64,000 nt of DNA, taken from NCBI GenBank assembly GCA_013265495.1, contig MU061579.1:2787319-2851318 (forward strand), given 5' to 3'. The translations under genes and the position numbers were made by a program. This stretch comes from Vicugna vicugna. Lineage: Eukaryota. How positions within the stretch are numbered: the first letter of the stretch is position 1; the number at the start of each line of letters is the position of its first letter. Below, piece after piece: positions 1 to 14,142 of this stretch. The notes beneath the pieces were generated by a model. That model worked only from the letters and a program-made list of their open reading frames with translations. It had not been told where the DNA came from and did not search any database.

Positions 1-158
1 ATAAATAAAACACAGTAAAGCTTATTCATTTACATACCATCTATGACTGCCTCCAGCCTGCAATTTCATAGTTAACTCATTGCCACATAAACCAAATGAA
101 CTGCAAAGCCTGAAATATTAGCTATTCGGTCCTTTGCAGAACATACACGCCCACCCTC
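1..158 (-). mobile_element. MER58A-like hAT-Charlie DNA transposon relic, cut by the window edge
   Basis: aacacag..cttattcatttacata..ctgcaaagcctgaaatatta..tcctttgcagaa resembles the reverse complement of the MER58A consensus as recalled. Confidence 0.7.
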
Positions 159-1479
159 ACTCCCCAGTTCTGGGATGGGTGCTCTCAGCCATTATCCCTG
201 CTGCCTTGTGTCTTGGTGGCAGTAAACTCTGGTTTACAGTCTCAGAGAGGACACGCATTCCCTGCTGATGTGTGGGAGTTAGATCTTAGCGTTACCGGAT
301 GGAAGTTAGAGCTTGTCCTTACTGAATGGAAGAAGATTTGTGAGTTTACCCACTCAGATATTCTTCCCTTTTCAGTCTCATCTCTCAGGCAACAGAATTC
401 ATCCCTCCCTCCGTCTTCCCAGGATAGAGCAGCACAACATCTTACCTTCTTATGCCATTGGATCTGTTAGGATGATACCAATTTTTTTTTTTTTTTTGAA
501 AAGAGACTTACTGTCCTTCCTTCACTTTTGTTATCCCAAGAATGTTTTAACATATCTGGTTGCTTGATTGACCTTTTCTACTTATTGTTATTTCTATGAA
601 TTTAAATTTTTGTAAAATTTGTTTTACTTTCCAGAAAGAATATATATAAGAATTATATCCAATCCATCATGTTTAATTTGAAGTCACAGTACTATTTTTA
701 ATTTGCCATGTTTAAGATATAATTGAGTTTTTATTTGCAGCCTAATTATAAATTTAAGGATTTTTTAATGAAATTTTAGTGTTCTACTTTTTAAGAACTG
801 TTCTGACCTGTGACATGTAAGTATTGTGTGAAGGAGGGCAAGTGGGTTTGTGTGCTTAATTTGTTAAAGACTGAGAAAGGTAAATTTGTTTAGTATTTTT
901 ACCAGGTTTTATTTGATGTGTCTCAGTGGTATGCAGTTTAGTGAATAAAAATTCATGACATTTTTAACTGGACTGTACTTCAACAATAAAACTGGTTCAT
1001 GGGGCCCATTTAATGCTTAACATTTTTATTGTGCATAAAAGGAAAATATTTCCAAAGGGCTTTACCATAAAAGCACAGAATCATAGCTCTCTCTCCTGTC
1101 CTGTTTCCCAAGAGAACCAACCTCTAACTCTTCTAGTAACTTTTTTTTATATTTCTGTTCATATATCTTATACATTGTTATATACACTTATTTTTGACAT
1201 TTATAAGTTATACTTACATGTATGTATAATTATCCATCGAGGTAGTCATTATGCTAGACCCTCAAATAGGTCTATGTCCTAATATGTCTACAAACATACC
1301 ACAAGGTATGTTGCAGATATGTTGAAAGATAAGAACCTTAAGGAGATTATCCTGAGACCATGAAACAGTTATATGTTTAGATCGAACAATAATATAGTTA
1401 TAATACTTATATAGAAAAACTTTGCTTAACCTGAATATTAAAAAGAGAGAGAGAAAAAAAGAAACATACTAACCTGAAG

Positions 1480-1724
1480 GAAAAAATGGGGAAAGAGTGG
1501 AGAGGGATAAATTAGAGGTTGGGGACTAAAGACACACACACACGAAACAGATAAACAAGGACCTGCTGTCTAGCAAAGGGAACTACATTCAGTTTCTTGT
1601 AGTAACGTATAATGGAAAAGAATCTGAAAAGAAAAAATATATATGTATGCATATACATAACTGAATCACTTTGTTGTACACCTGAAGCTAACATTGTAAA
1701 TCAACTACATTTAAAAAAAAAAGG
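1480..1724 (+). mobile_element. 5'-truncated cetartiodactyl L1 3' end with poly(A) and ~21-bp TSD
   Basis: gggataaattag..acaaggacctgctg..agggaactacattcag..actgaatcactttg..tgtaaatcaactac then poly(A). Flanks aagaaacatactaacctgaag (1459-1479) and aagaaacctattaacctgaag (1725-1745) differ at 2 positions. Confidence 0.85.
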
Positions 1725-1754
1725 AAGAAACCTATTAACCTGAAGAAAAACCTG

Positions 1755-2745
1755 GATATTAAAATTAATTTACACTTATCAAAAAACACTGTTAATAGAG
1801 TGAAATGGAAGGCTGCTGTGGAACAGGATAATACTAATACATATAATCAATATAGGGCTCAGGGTCAGAGTATTTAACGGAATCCTACAAGTGATTAAGA
1901 AAAAAGAATCTATAAATTGATAAAAGGTTCATTTAGTCACTACACACACTTGAACATGTGAAAAGTTATTAAATGTGTGCTTCATTACAAAAGAAATAAA
2001 TGCTAAAAACCCAATGCAATACCACTGCATACCTACCAGAATGATGAAAATGAAAAAAAAAAAAAAAAAAAAAAAAAAAAAGCAAAAGCCAGCACAAAAA
2101 AAAAAAACAGAAAGTAAAGGCACAAGCCAGCATCCAGAACAATTGGAACTGATCTCCTGGTGTAAATGAGCAAAACCAATTTGTAAAGTACTGAAGCTAA
2201 AGAAATGCTGACCTTATGACTAGCATCCCAGGAATCTGAGCCCAGATACTCACTTGAGGTTCTATATTAGATTATTTATAACAACTTGACTTGTAATAGC
2301 CAGAGACTGAGGACTGCCCAATGTTCATTGACATTGGGATACCTAAGTGAAGTTTAGTACAGTCACACTGTGCAAATTCTATATAGCAATGTGAATGAGT
2401 GAGTTGCAGCTACAAGCAACTTCTTCGTTAATCTCACAAAAATAATATTAAGCAAAATAATCCAGACAAAAAAATAATTTTTTTACTGTATGTTTTCATT
2501 ACTATAAGCTCAAGACAGGCAGTATCAGTCTCTGGAATCAGAAGGAAGGAAAGTGATTACATCTGAGTGCCGGTAAAGACCAGGAAGCAGAAGCAGGTGA
2601 GGGCTTCCAGGATGCTAGTTTGGGTCTGCTTCTTGAGAGGTGTGCTCTGGTTACACAGGTGTTTTCAGTTTCTGACAGTTCATCAAGTTGTACTTTTCCG
2701 AGGTGTGCACTTACCTGTACTCATACATTTCAATAAAATCTTCCT
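1755..2745 (+). mobile_element. Ancient L1 (L1ME-like) ORF2 end and 3' UTR
   Basis: aatgcaataccactgcatacctaccagaatg, aatctcacaaaaataatattaagcaaaa, and 3' terminus gttcatcaagttgtac..tttcaataaaa; internal poly(A) at 2053-2081. Confidence 0.75.
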
Positions 2746-3357
2746 ATTAAAACTCCTCCCTCCCAACACCTGCCAAATTAACTGGCCCACCAGCTTATCA
2801 GTGATCTATACCAAGCATTTAGTGATGTTAAAGAAAAACAAAGAACCCTACCATATTTACTCCCAAGAAAATTTTAGAAGGCAAATCCTTCACTCTAGTG
2901 TTTATTAAACAATTTGTTGTCTGCACCATTAGGTACTGGTGCTGGTGAATTCTAACTAGAACCTGTGTATTTAACATATCTTGCCTGGCCGGCATTGCAG
3001 TCTTTCCCGTCATTAGAAGATGGGCAAGGAAATCACACCTGGAAGCCAAGGAAAGACGTCCATGGAAATATTTTCGACAGCTTGAGATTAATGTAGTTGA
3101 ATTCATCACTTACCTTACTGTTAGGTAAAAGAAATTACTGCTAAATCATCAGTTTTCCAATACAATCCTGGAGCATCATACTTCTAACAGAGTAAGATTT
3201 TAATAATGTCACAATTTCTCATCCTTTAATATCTTGCTAGGCATTTTTCATATAAACTTAACTGATGAAAAATTCCATGAGGCTTTTGATTCCCCAGTTC
3301 TCCTTCTCCCAAGCAGGGAAAAGTTTTGAGGCTACGCAACAGAGTGATAACACCAGC

Positions 3358-3777
3358 TACATTAGCGTCCTGTTGCTTCTACACGAAATTACCACAAATT
3401 TCATGGATTAAAACAATAGAAATGTGTTATCTTACAGTTCTGGAGATCAGGGCTCCAAAACGAGCATCACTAGGCTAAAATCAAAGTTTCAGCAGGGCTG
3501 CATTTCTTCCTGGAGGCTCTAGAAGAGATACCACGCTCCCGCCTTCGGCCAGAGAGGCCGCCTCACTGACTTCCGGCACCCTCCTTTACTTATAAGGACG
3601 CTTGTGATTACATTGGGCCCACCTGGGTAATCCAGGAAATTCTATCTCAGGGTTAGCTAATGAGCCACCTTACTTCCATCCAGTAACTCAATTCTTTGCC
3701 GTATGACAAAATGTATTTACAGGTTTCAGGGTTTCAGACGCAGGCATTGTAGGGGAGTCATTATTCTACCTGCCACA
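3358..3777 (-). mobile_element. MaLR solo LTR (MLT1D/MLT1C-like)
   Basis: aaattaccacaaa..tcttacagttctggag..gattacattgggcccacctgggtaatccagga..cattattctacctgccaca. Confidence 0.85.
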
Positions 3778-3934
3778 TCTGTCAGTACAATCACGTAATG
3801 ATGCTTTATCCCTTTTTATGTATAAGTGTTAATACTGGGGAGACTACACAAAAAAGCATACTCCAATGTTGTCTTAAGTCAGACATAATTATGATAATAG
3901 CTATGGCCATTTGAAAAAGTAATTAAATGTTCTA

Positions 3935-4035
3935 TTTCTTTTTCATTGAGATAATTGACATATAACATTAGTTTCAGATGCACAACTAATGATTTGATAT
4001 TTGTGATGTTTTAGTTTTGACATAGTATATTGCAA
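3935..4035 (-). mobile_element. Short L1MA-type 3' end fragment
   Basis: tttttcattgagataattgacatataacattagtttcag..tgatttgatattt. Confidence 0.6.
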
Positions 4036-4364
4036 AATACTGGAGGGGTAATTGAAAGAAAAATCCATCTTAAGAAAAAAACATTAAATTGAAGTTCAAA
4101 TTTTAAAAGAAATTTAAAATATGATCCATACACATGTATTGTAATCATTCAGGCTATTAATTCTTATTTTTATTACATCTATCCCTACTGAAGACAGGTA
4201 GAAAGTACACAATCTGGTATATATTCTTTTCTGAATGGAACATTTTAACTTTCAGATTGAGTGGATATATAAATATGCTACTCCTAATATGAAATATAAA
4301 ATCTATGATTTATTTCATTTCTAATTTAATGACAAAATAAAAGATACTTGGAGACAAAGCTGAA

Positions 4365-4580
4365 CACATAATACATATATAGTTATAACATAATACATGT
4401 AAATATATATGTATAAATATATATGTGGTATATTATACATCTTGATATATTCATATATATAACCACATATATATGTAATATTACATATTTTACTGTTTTC
4501 AGTTTATCTTTTTCTGCTTGTGTATGTGTATATATGTGTGTTTGACTATATATTGTGCATAACTTTAATATGTAGTACAT
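4365..4580. repeat. TA-rich low-complexity tract (degraded microsatellite)
   Basis: Repeated tatata/tgtata motifs seen directly. Confidence 0.7.
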
Positions 4581-5407
4581 TCAATTCTCTTTCTAATGTA
4601 TTTTTCTCTGCTCCTGTTTATTTGTATGTGACTATTAATACTGGCAAAAATTCAAAATACATGAACTGAAATAGAAAATAAATGCTTTATTTCAAATTCT
4701 TAAACCCCCCCCCAAACAAATGTGCAAAGTCTACCAAGGCATTCATGAAATGCTTTAAAATCCAGAGAAAATGGAATAAGGATTAAACTTGAACTGTTCT
4801 GTAGAGGATGAGGATTTACTATGAGCATAGTTAGGAGCACTTTAATTCAAGCAAAACATTAAATGGTAGTGTTAAGTTCTTAGCTTGGAGCTTATTTATC
4901 ATCACATTTCTTTTCTTGGTAGTAGCATTAAGAATGCATTAATAAAAGGATAAAGTACATTTAATACTAGAGGAAGAAAAAGTTAATGATCCTAAAAGAT
5001 GGTCATAGCTACTTGTCCTTGAGTATTTAAAATAATTTTTCTCACCTGGAAAATTACAAAATGTTATTGGATTTCATATGAGATGTAAATCCTTTAATTT
5101 CCCAGGAGCATGAAGTGGGCAAACTCTCAAACCAGATTTAGTTTTTGTTGTCCTGTCTGTTTGATGACTGACATCACTGACTTTTTTAGAGTTTTTAAGA
5201 TCAATGCTGGGAGGCATAGATTTCTTCTCAAGATTTTCTCCTGCATTGATGGTAAACCTATAACAAGCTATGGTTATGGCCTCGTGGTCCAAATTCATTT
5301 TTTTCTCCCCTTTGAGCCAGGTTTAATTGAGAAACAGAATTTGCATGCTTTCTCACTCAGTGATTTCTTTTCATCAGAAGTATAGTGTTTTTATTGAAAC
5401 AACCAAA

Positions 5408-5502
5408 TTTATTTTTTACCACTTTATTGAGCTGTAATTGATATACACAAAAACTGCACATATTTAATAGACACAATTTGATGAGTTTGGACACATGCAT
5501 AC
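5408..5502 (-). mobile_element. L1MA/L1MB 3' end fragment
   Basis: ctttattgag..taattgatatac..aaactgcacatatttaat..acaatttgatgagtttggac. Confidence 0.75.
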
Positions 5503-8249
5503 AAGTAAGCTTAATTTTTAACAATATTATTGTATATTCATTAATAAATGATGATACATAATTAAGAAAAACATTCATTTAGTAAATAGAAACACAAAGG
5601 TATCTTTTTTCACTCTTTTCAGCTGGTATGAATATCATTTCTAACACTGCCATTTTCAGTTTAAAGAAAGAAACAATTAGTCTTGATTGCTTACACTGGC
5701 ATTTTATGTCTCTGAGATCACGTACTACTTTCTTTCTTTTCATAGAAAAATAAATTCTCAAGTTAAAACTGAAACAGTTAAATTTGTGTTTTCTATTCCC
5801 ATCAGTTGGTCTTAGCCCTGTTGAACCTGGAACATATCAAGTACCATTGACTTTAGACCATCTTTCTTCCTAAAAGCATTGTATTTCAAAGGATCAAATG
5901 ATGTTTGTGAAAGATTTAAATCGTGAAATAAGCTATGCTGCAATTTATTTTTAGCTTGTTTGTTTCATTGTCTTTGTTTTATTTTCATTTGTCTCTTTTA
6001 TCCTCACCTTTTCTCCTTCTGTCCCTCCTTTCCTTCTTCCTTCCTTCCTTCCTCTTTTTTATCTCTTTCTCTTTCAAATTATCAAGAACTATGAACTTTT
6101 TAAATGCTTTTTGCAAAGTTGACCCCAAGGTATTCAAAATCATAATTTTGATTATTATGTAATAATTCGTATTATGTATACACATACATTTTTGTCTTTA
6201 CTTTTCAACTTGTTATCTTTATTTAGGCAGGATTTCTTTACGCTAGGTTTTATTGTTGCAAGTAAAGTGTCCTTCAGCAATCAAAAATTGTCTATGAGCT
6301 TTTCTTTGACAGTTTGCTGAAGTTCCCATTAAGACACTTACTGGAGGGCACTGAATTTTGTTGCCTAATAACATCTCATGAGAAAGGTAATTTGATAAAT
6401 TTTAGAGCTTTGGGTAAATCTCACATTGTGCTTAAAACTTCTGATATAGAAAACCTTTTTTAAATTTACTCAATTAGTTTACAAATTAATGAATTGGATT
6501 ACCATGATTTCCAGAAACTGCAGTTATGAAACTATAAATATGTGCTCATCTAAATTGAATTATATTACAGCAAATATCTTTTTAAATGATTCTTTTGAAC
6601 TGCAGAGAGTGCTACAAGTCTATTGGAAACAATGTACTCCATAAAGTTAAAAGTTAAAAGTATATATATTGTTCTCTCTCTCTCACTCACTCTTGTTTCC
6701 ATGCCCCCCACCAGCTCCGAGGGCCAGCTGTTCTGAAAGTTGAATTCTCTTTTAGTATTATATATATGGTTATATATAATATATAAAAATATTAATATAG
6801 TTTTGTAATTCCAAATAAATAATAATTTAATGATAATAAACGATGATAGTTTATTTGACACAATTCTTCTTTTATAAACTGTCTAGGATGGAAAATACAT
6901 CATCAATTTACTTCTTAGCCCCATAGCCTCAACACATGGACAGTTGAAGGACTTGTGGTTTCCCAATGTGTTTCTGAAATATTCTGTCTAAGGTTATAGT
7001 GCCATTTTCTCTGAGATTAACTCTAACTTTCCCAGCTCCACAGGGTTTTGACTTCAGGGTCTATGCTCTTACCTGAGCTATACTTCTTGACCGAGTAGAC
7101 AAGAATTATATCTCATTAAGTCAGCTTCCCCAGAATTGTTCTGTTTAGGACAGAGCGGGTCATCAAAGATATTTTCTGAAAAGATACATGAATAGACAAC
7201 ATGGACTAGTCCATATCAAGGCTCAAACACCGCCCATTCCACATTAAAGAGATTCTCTGCCTTGATGACGAGGAGGCTGGGTGGGATAAGCAAGATTTTG
7301 TACAATAGGCTATTTTATTTTTATTTGTGTAATATGATGGCTATAATAATCTTATATATCCATGTTGGTTCCAACACTTTGGAATCAGCTGCTCTTTGAA
7401 GTTTCCTGTCCTGACCCAATATGACTGGTGCTTGTATTCAAACACTCATGGACATAATCAACTGGCTACCTGGGACACCTGGTAGAAAGTTACCCATTTA
7501 GGATTCTGCTTCTATGTGTCGTTAGAAAGTAACCATCAGTACCTTACCCAACCCCCTTTTTGGAACTTGCCACTTGGCTAATCCGTTTGCAATATGACAG
7601 ATAGGAGTAATCTTTTTCTTACTATTATTAAGTAGTTTGAATGAAGGGAGGAAAACTCTTGGGGCAAAGTAATTATGTTGAATTGCATGGTTCTGCTAAA
7701 CAGAACTAATTACAGTTCAATTAAGTTTAATGCTCAAACAGAATTATCATTTAATTGTTTCAATAACAACAAATACCAGTTGAAATGTAAATGTGTGATT
7801 ATGTTGTACTGACAAAAATGGATCAGGAGTTAGGTACTTGTCAGAAATCAAATGTGACTAGAAGATATGAGGATTACAGTATGGTGCAGCCTTCTGAGCG
7901 TTCCTCATTGGTATCTTAGGATTTCAAAAAATTAGATGTCATGTAAATTGACCTTGAAGAAAAGGACTGACTTCAATTGTGTGAGGTATGATACATTTAT
8001 CTACGTATGTTAAGATGAAGCTGTGTTGCACACTCTTTGGTTTCAGAATTTCACTCAGTCTAGAAAATGGTCCTAAAAATGGTATAAAATTACCTGCAGT
8101 GAATTTTGTCTAGTTCTCTACAGCCACCTTGCCATTGAAAACTGTTAAATTGGACAAAATGTGTGCAGCAACTGTTTTGAGGCACTGGAGAAAAGGGAAA
8201 TGTACATTATGAGCACTGTATTTGGCCCAGATCTCTCTCTGTGGATAAT

Positions 8250-8870
8250 TTCCTGGCTGTGACACAGGGAGGTATCCCACAGAGGTCCTATTATAGAAGA
8301 AACAGACGTCAGAGACTGGGGCCACTGATGGAATCTCTGGAGCATGGCACTGGAGAGGAGGAAGCACTAGCTTTTACTGTTGCAAGTGACTGGACGTTTT
8401 CTGCAAACACTTGGGCTGCACGGATTCAAGGCTTACCAGAAAGTAGTTCTTACAGAGTTAAGAGTAGAGCGGATGTACTAAGGATCAAGCGGTTCCTAGA
8501 GATGTTAGAATTCCGGCCAAGTCAGAAAGGAAGGACCCCATTAGTGCCATCGGAAAGATGAAACTTCTGGAGGAATACCCATGTTCTAGAAAAGGCCTAC
8601 TCTAGAACTAGTCTAAGAAAGTCTAAAAGCAAACTTGAAGAGATTCACATAGAAAACAGAGTTTGCACTCTGAGTCCAGTCAAATTAGAAGGTTGGTAAA
8701 TACCTTGGGCTTTCCACAAATCTTCCTTAACAAAATATTAAAGCAAGCAAGTAAGCTCATGGGACTAGCCAGCAATTGAACTGCCTCTTGAAACAAACTT
8801 CAGTAATTTCTGAGGAAAATAAAAGAAACTAAGCTTTGGCAATGCATTAGCCACTTCTAAAATAATAATA
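8250..8870 (+). mobile_element. Ancient L1M (L1MC/L1MD-type) 5' UTR fragment
   Basis: aaggcctactctaga..aagtctaaaagcaa, ttggtaaataccttgggctttccac and aactgcct..aacaaacttca resemble old L1M 5' ends; this explains the ORFs at 8110-8561. Confidence 0.55.
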
Positions 8871-9209
8871 ACAATTTAAACCTGGACTGAATGAAAAACA
8901 AAAACAGAAAAAGTAAATCTTTCAAAATGTCTATTTCTAGTCCAATGACACCCAACTTTAACTAAGTATGGATTAATGTTATGTTGGAGTATATGTTTGA
9001 GCAGCATACAAAAAAATTATTTTGTTAGATCTCATTATCTAACAGACTATTTACTGTTGTCTGGAGATTTTTCATGGTAAAGTAAATCTAACAGTTTAAA
9101 ATTTTAGAAGATATTTATTTTTTCTAAGTTCCCTGTGACCACAAATTTGTCATTGACTCCATTTCTGCTAACGCTTGAGGTAAGTAACTAAACTTTGCAT
9201 ATGGAGCCA

Positions 9210-9304
9210 TAAATGTAATGATAAAACATTCTTAAAAGCAGTAATCAGAACTGATTTTAAATGTAATGATGAGATTTCTTAAAAACAATAATCAGAACTT
9301 ATTT
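9210..9304. repeat. Two-copy ~48-bp tandem duplication
   Basis: taaatgtaatgataaaacattcttaaaagcagtaatcagaactgattt followed by taaatgtaatgatgagatttcttaaaaacaataatcagaacttattt. Confidence 0.85.
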
Positions 9305-9704
9305 TTAATAGTTATTAAATGAAAAAATTAAACTAAAATGTAACAAAAAGCAGCAAAATATAGTTCTTTCTAGATGGCTATAATAAAACAATAATAACAA
9401 ATTAATGATGTATTTGATGTTATTCTGATGTCTTTTTGTCATGTGGCTCAGCATTAGGACATGCATTAAAATGTCTTTACTCTTTCAGTCTCTGGAATCT
9501 GCTACTACTTCTGTTGTCTTTAATTAACAAAAACGAATAGTCAGAGAAGCCATCAAGGCTTCTTTCATTACTCTACTGCATATTAAGAAATTTCCTAAGA
9601 CAGATTTCTGCTCTTTCAAGATTGAAAAGGAGACTGTAATAAAGAGGTTCCTGACTTAAGAAGAACCAGATGCTTGAGTTCTCCAAAAAATGTTCTTTTC
9701 AAAT

Positions 9705-9812
9705 ACATGTTCAACCTATATGAATACCTTTGGTGATGGAGAGCTCATTTCCTCATGAGAAAGCTCATTTTATCTTTGAATAACCATGGTTGTTATAAGT
9801 GGACTGAAATCA
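9705..9812 (-). mobile_element. L3/CR1 relic
   Basis: tgaataccttt ggtgatggagagctcatttcctc..ctcattttatctttgaataac resembles the antisense L3 3' region. Confidence 0.5.
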
Positions 9813-10284
9813 ATATATTTTTGTTACTATAGTTGCTACTCATCATTATAACTCTTGCCAATTGTCCAACCGCCATGGTGTTTAGTTTCAAACATCACAT
9901 ACATTATTGACTCTTCTCATAATTAGCTCATCATCTCAAACTCTATTTTTATAATACATAAGAATGACTTTTTGGCTAATAATTTGGTTCTTTATTTATT
10001 TTCTTCTCTTTACTTCATCCTATATCCAAATATAAAAATCATTTGCTTCCACTATTCTTATAGAGAGTTCAAATTTTTTTTTCCTTGTAGGTGCTTTGGT
10101 CTGAATATAAGATTAGGCAGAATATTCCATTTTTTGGTAAGAAATGCTATGACAAATAAAATAATACTTCTGAAGAGACTTTGTGATATCCTAAATGTTG
10201 TCTATAAATATTTCAAATTTTATTTTCTCTTCCTTCCTCATTCTCAAAACACATTTCAAACAACCGTGTCTCTCAAACTCCGAG

Positions 10285-10460
10285 AAGTACCAAGGGAACT
10301 GTAATGAACAAGGTGGATATGGTCTCTGCCATTATAGAACTTATAGTTTGGTGGGAAAAATAGGCATTGAACAGAAAAATCACAATTGATTAATTACAAT
10401 TGTGATAACCAATGAGATAGGTATAGAGTAAGAGATCTATTCTAGTCTGAAGGGTCACAT
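10285..10460 (-). mobile_element. L2 fragment
   Basis: atgaacaag..tggtctctgccattatagaacttatagtttggtggg. Confidence 0.65.
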
Positions 10461-10779
10461 GTAAGAGTACCAGTCATGTATACGTTTATAACATATTTGG
10501 AAAGCTTCGCAACTTGTATAAATGAATTTCATTGCAAAAGTCTTCATAGAAAAGAATTTTGGTATTCAATTGCATTAAATTAAATTAATGAAAAGCACAG
10601 TAAACAGAGAGTAAATCATATAACTTGTCTTTTTAGAGAAATAGTAACATTATAGAAAGTTAGAATATATGCCAGTATTATGTTAAATTTTCTCTCATTT
10701 TCATTCTTTCTATCTCTTCCCTTTCACCTTTCCTGTTTCTCTCTCCTTCTATCTCTTTAATCTCTCTATAATCTTATTT

Positions 10780-10948
10780 AATTCAAACAATAACACACTA
10801 TGTAATTAGTATGATTTTTCCTATCGAAGCAGACACACTAAAACTTTTGAGACTTTTAAGCAATTTGTTCAGGACAGTAAATTCAGTAAGTGGCCTAGGC
10901 TGAAATTCACATGTAATCTTCTCTGTTGAAAAGCCTATATTCTTCCTT
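10780..10948 (-). mobile_element. MIR SINE
   Basis: ttaagcaatttgttcagga..cagtaagtggc..ctgaaattca..aaagcc, antisense MIR core. Confidence 0.5.
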
Positions 10949-10961
10949 GATTTGTTGTACT

Positions 10962-11380
10962 TTAACAAACATTTATTAAATGCTAACCCTGAACTAGTTT
11001 ATTTTAGGCGAGAGAGAAATAAAGATGAATTTGATCTGAGTCTTGACTGAAGGATGGTATCTTAAATACACTTAGAAGTAAAGAAGAGTAATAATTTCTT
11101 AAGAGAGGGGGAGCAACGCTGTTAAATCCCTAAGGGGTAGAGGGGTCAAAAAGTGTCCACAGAAGAGGCATTCTTGAGCTAAATCTTAAAGAAAAGTCAG
11201 AGTTTGACCTGTAGAAATTAGCTATATGTGAAAGGACATTGCAGGTAAGAGAAATAATGCATAAAGTAACATTAAGAACTCAAAAGGAGCCTTATATAAC
11301 TGGAGTATAGAATGTATTATAAGAACATATTTCTGAAAAAAATATAGAGAGAACTAGAGAGTCCATTTCTTTGCAGGCAA
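10962..11380 (-). mobile_element. L2 3' fragment
   Basis: aacaaacatttattaaatgcta..cttgagctaaatcttaaaga..gacattgcagg. Confidence 0.55.
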
Positions 11381-12145
11381 TGACAGTTTTAATTAATTAA
11401 GTTGATTCTCAAATGTAGAAAGAATTTAATATATTCTTAAATATTTATTTTAAATATTAAAGAAGCCTATGGTCTTCATTTCTTTCTTAATATGCAATTC
11501 AGCTAAACCTCAATCTGAAATTTTTTCTCAGTGGGGTAGGAATGTACATCTGTTTTGTAGGAAAAGGAATAGATGGCTCAAGGTAATCGATTATACAAAT
11601 TGTTTGAGGTTTCAGGTTTGTTTTTCTGTCTATTTATTTATTAAATGACTTTGAGAGAATGTGTTTGACATGAAATCAAAAGAGGTTAGTGGAAATTGTA
11701 TTATCTATTTCATGACAATGCATAATGAGCTACCGAATGAAGGATTAGTTACCTCTGTCATTGAATAGTTAAAGGGAACGTAAGTTTATTCTGTTGTCAG
11801 CAGAACACATCAACTTAGATGTTCTTTGCATATTTTGACATTCCAAAAGCGTTTTCCTTTGCAATAGATAACATCTAAATGCTATATCAAAAGCCAAGAT
11901 GACTCTTCATCTTTCCGCTTTGGCATGTATTTCTACTCAAAAAACATTTTCATGTATCCACAGACCTGTTTGAGCAATTGCGATCATCATTTTTTCCTCT
12001 CTGTGTCCTTAGCTAGACTTAAATCATCAACCCTTGTTAATGAGCCAGTTATTTTCAAAGGAAGCTTTATTCTCCTCTTTCTGAAGATTGAAACAACAGG
12101 AATGATTAAATGCTGCATGGTAAATGGCAGATTACCCTTCAATGC

Positions 12146-12541
12146 TGTTACCAACTGAAATGTGTCATCCCGCTCCCAAATTCCCTTGCTGAAACTCTAA
12201 TCCCTTATGTGATTATATCTGGATATATGGATTTTGATAAAGTAATTAAGATTAACTGAGGTCATAAGTTTGAGCTCCCAATCTGATAGGAGTACTGTCC
12301 TTCCGACAACAAGAAGAGACAGGCGCGATCTCTCTCCTGCTGTGCACGGAGGAAAGACCGTGTGAGAACACGGTGAGAAGGCAGTCATCTGCAGGCCAGG
12401 AAGAGTGTCTCACCGGAAACCGACACTGTTGACACTTCGATCTTGAACTTCCAACCTCCAGAACTGTGAGAAATAGACTTCTGTCCTTTAATCCATCCGA
12501 TCAGTGATATTCTATTACAGCAGTCCTAGGAAAGTAATACA
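12146..12541 (+). mobile_element. MaLR solo LTR (MLT1A-like)
   Basis: TG..CA ends; cccaaattc..gaggtcataag..ggaaagaccgtgtgagaacacggtgagaaggcag..cttgaacttccaacctccagaactgtgagaaata..taataca. Confidence 0.9.
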
Positions 12542-13785
12542 TATGGTAACTAAGCATTTTCTAAGATACAGAAATGAGAAAAACTTACCCCACACACTTA
12601 GCAGACTTTAGTGGAAATATCTCTGGCGTTCTTTGCAGATGGGCTTATAACATGTAGCATCTGTAAAGTGAGTTTAACTCTACAGAACTTGTCTTTCTGT
12701 AGCTTAACAAAATCTAGGGTTGCACTATTCCAGACTGACTATTGGCATTTAGTCTCTGAAGCCACCTTATGTTAGCCTCTTGCCAATGAATTACCACCAA
12801 AGAAGTCCTATGTGCAACTTATACAACTGTTTCCCTATTTTCATTGCCAAAGACTTGGAAAAATGGGCTAACAATTTTGTAATGTTAAAAAAATACTGTC
12901 ATACATGAAGCATCAAATACTGTCTATGCGTATTAGCTTGACAGATTATTTCGTGTAAATGATTTGGAAAAACATAGTCAAATCCTTGATTCCCACTTTG
13001 AACTAGTATTTGAGAAAGAGATCTGCTAAAATCCATGCATTTATTTAAAAAGTTAAGGAAAATAATTACTGCCAGGATGTTTTGATGATTAAATAAGAAA
13101 ACAAGATAAATCACCTAGGATAGTATCTGATGCATAAGAACTTCATCAATGCTTAATCTGCATAATTAAGAGAAATGTTCAGTGATATACATTTTGAGGT
13201 ATGAAGGGACACATTATTATGCTTTCTTCCATTATGATTATACTTCTCTAGTTCTAAGTGTTTTTCTTTTATAAGAAGAATGTTATTTAATTCAAATTTT
13301 CTTAATGTCAATTTCTTATTCATCTTATTTGAATATGATACTAAGTAAAACACTCCTCTGAAAAATAAATGATTGGTACATTTAAAGAAAAAAAAATAAA
13401 AACACTAAAATCCTAAGGTGTATTTACTTGTTTCAAATGTGCTACTCAAAAACATCACCGCGTTGAATCTTATCTTGCCAAACCCTATAACCAATAATTA
13501 CCAGTTCCTGAGACAAATTTTTAAACTTAATTATTTTCACATTCTATTAAAATCTTAGACACGAAGATTGTGGACTACTGAACTTATAAACAAATAATTC
13601 TATCAGTATTGCACTGATGACTTTTTCTCCTCACAGGTAGTGTTAATAACTATAGCCGTAAGAGCCTTAAAATATCTAATACTTTATTTCATTTTGTTCT
13701 TAGATCAAATTTAAAATGGGAACTATTATTTCCATTTAAAAAGGGAAGGGCCCAAATCTAAAAGAGTTTAAGTCAAGGTAGCTAT

Positions 13786-14142
13786 TGTTAACAAATATAA
13801 ACCAAGGCATATTAAAAATTTTAAGAGTTTCTATGAGCAAAAATTGATTCCAATTGGGCAGCATCCAATCTAGCAGCCAGGAAGGAGGTCTGAGCAGCTT
13901 AACAATATGAAGGACTTTTATAAGCAGAAAGGAGTGAAACAGTATACTAGGCAAAAATAATGAGTTGTTATTGCAGTTACTTTCCTTTAGGGGATGGATG
14001 GTCCTCACAGACAGATTACTTAACTAGTGCTGATCAGATAATTCAACTTCTAGAGGAGGCGAAATTGTAGTTAGGTCTTGGTTTAGTGACAGGGGCTTAG
14101 CACAAACCTTTCTATTTAATGTCTATTGTCTTGTTTTTAACA
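13786..14142 (-). mobile_element. ERV1-class (MER4-group-like) solo LTR with 4-bp TSD
   Basis: Termini TGTTAA...TTAACA; perfect TSD CTAT at 13782-13785 and 14143-14146; gagttt..tgagcaaa..attgggcagc motif of MER57-like LTRs. Confidence 0.8.

Noticed and set aside
1929..2169. Poly-Lys and poly-Phe ORFs
   Set aside because: Translations of a poly(A) run inside an old L1.
8241..8561. 106-aa ORF with protein-like composition
   Set aside because: Starts at GTG, lies in a probable L1M 5' UTR relic, and has no recognisable homology.
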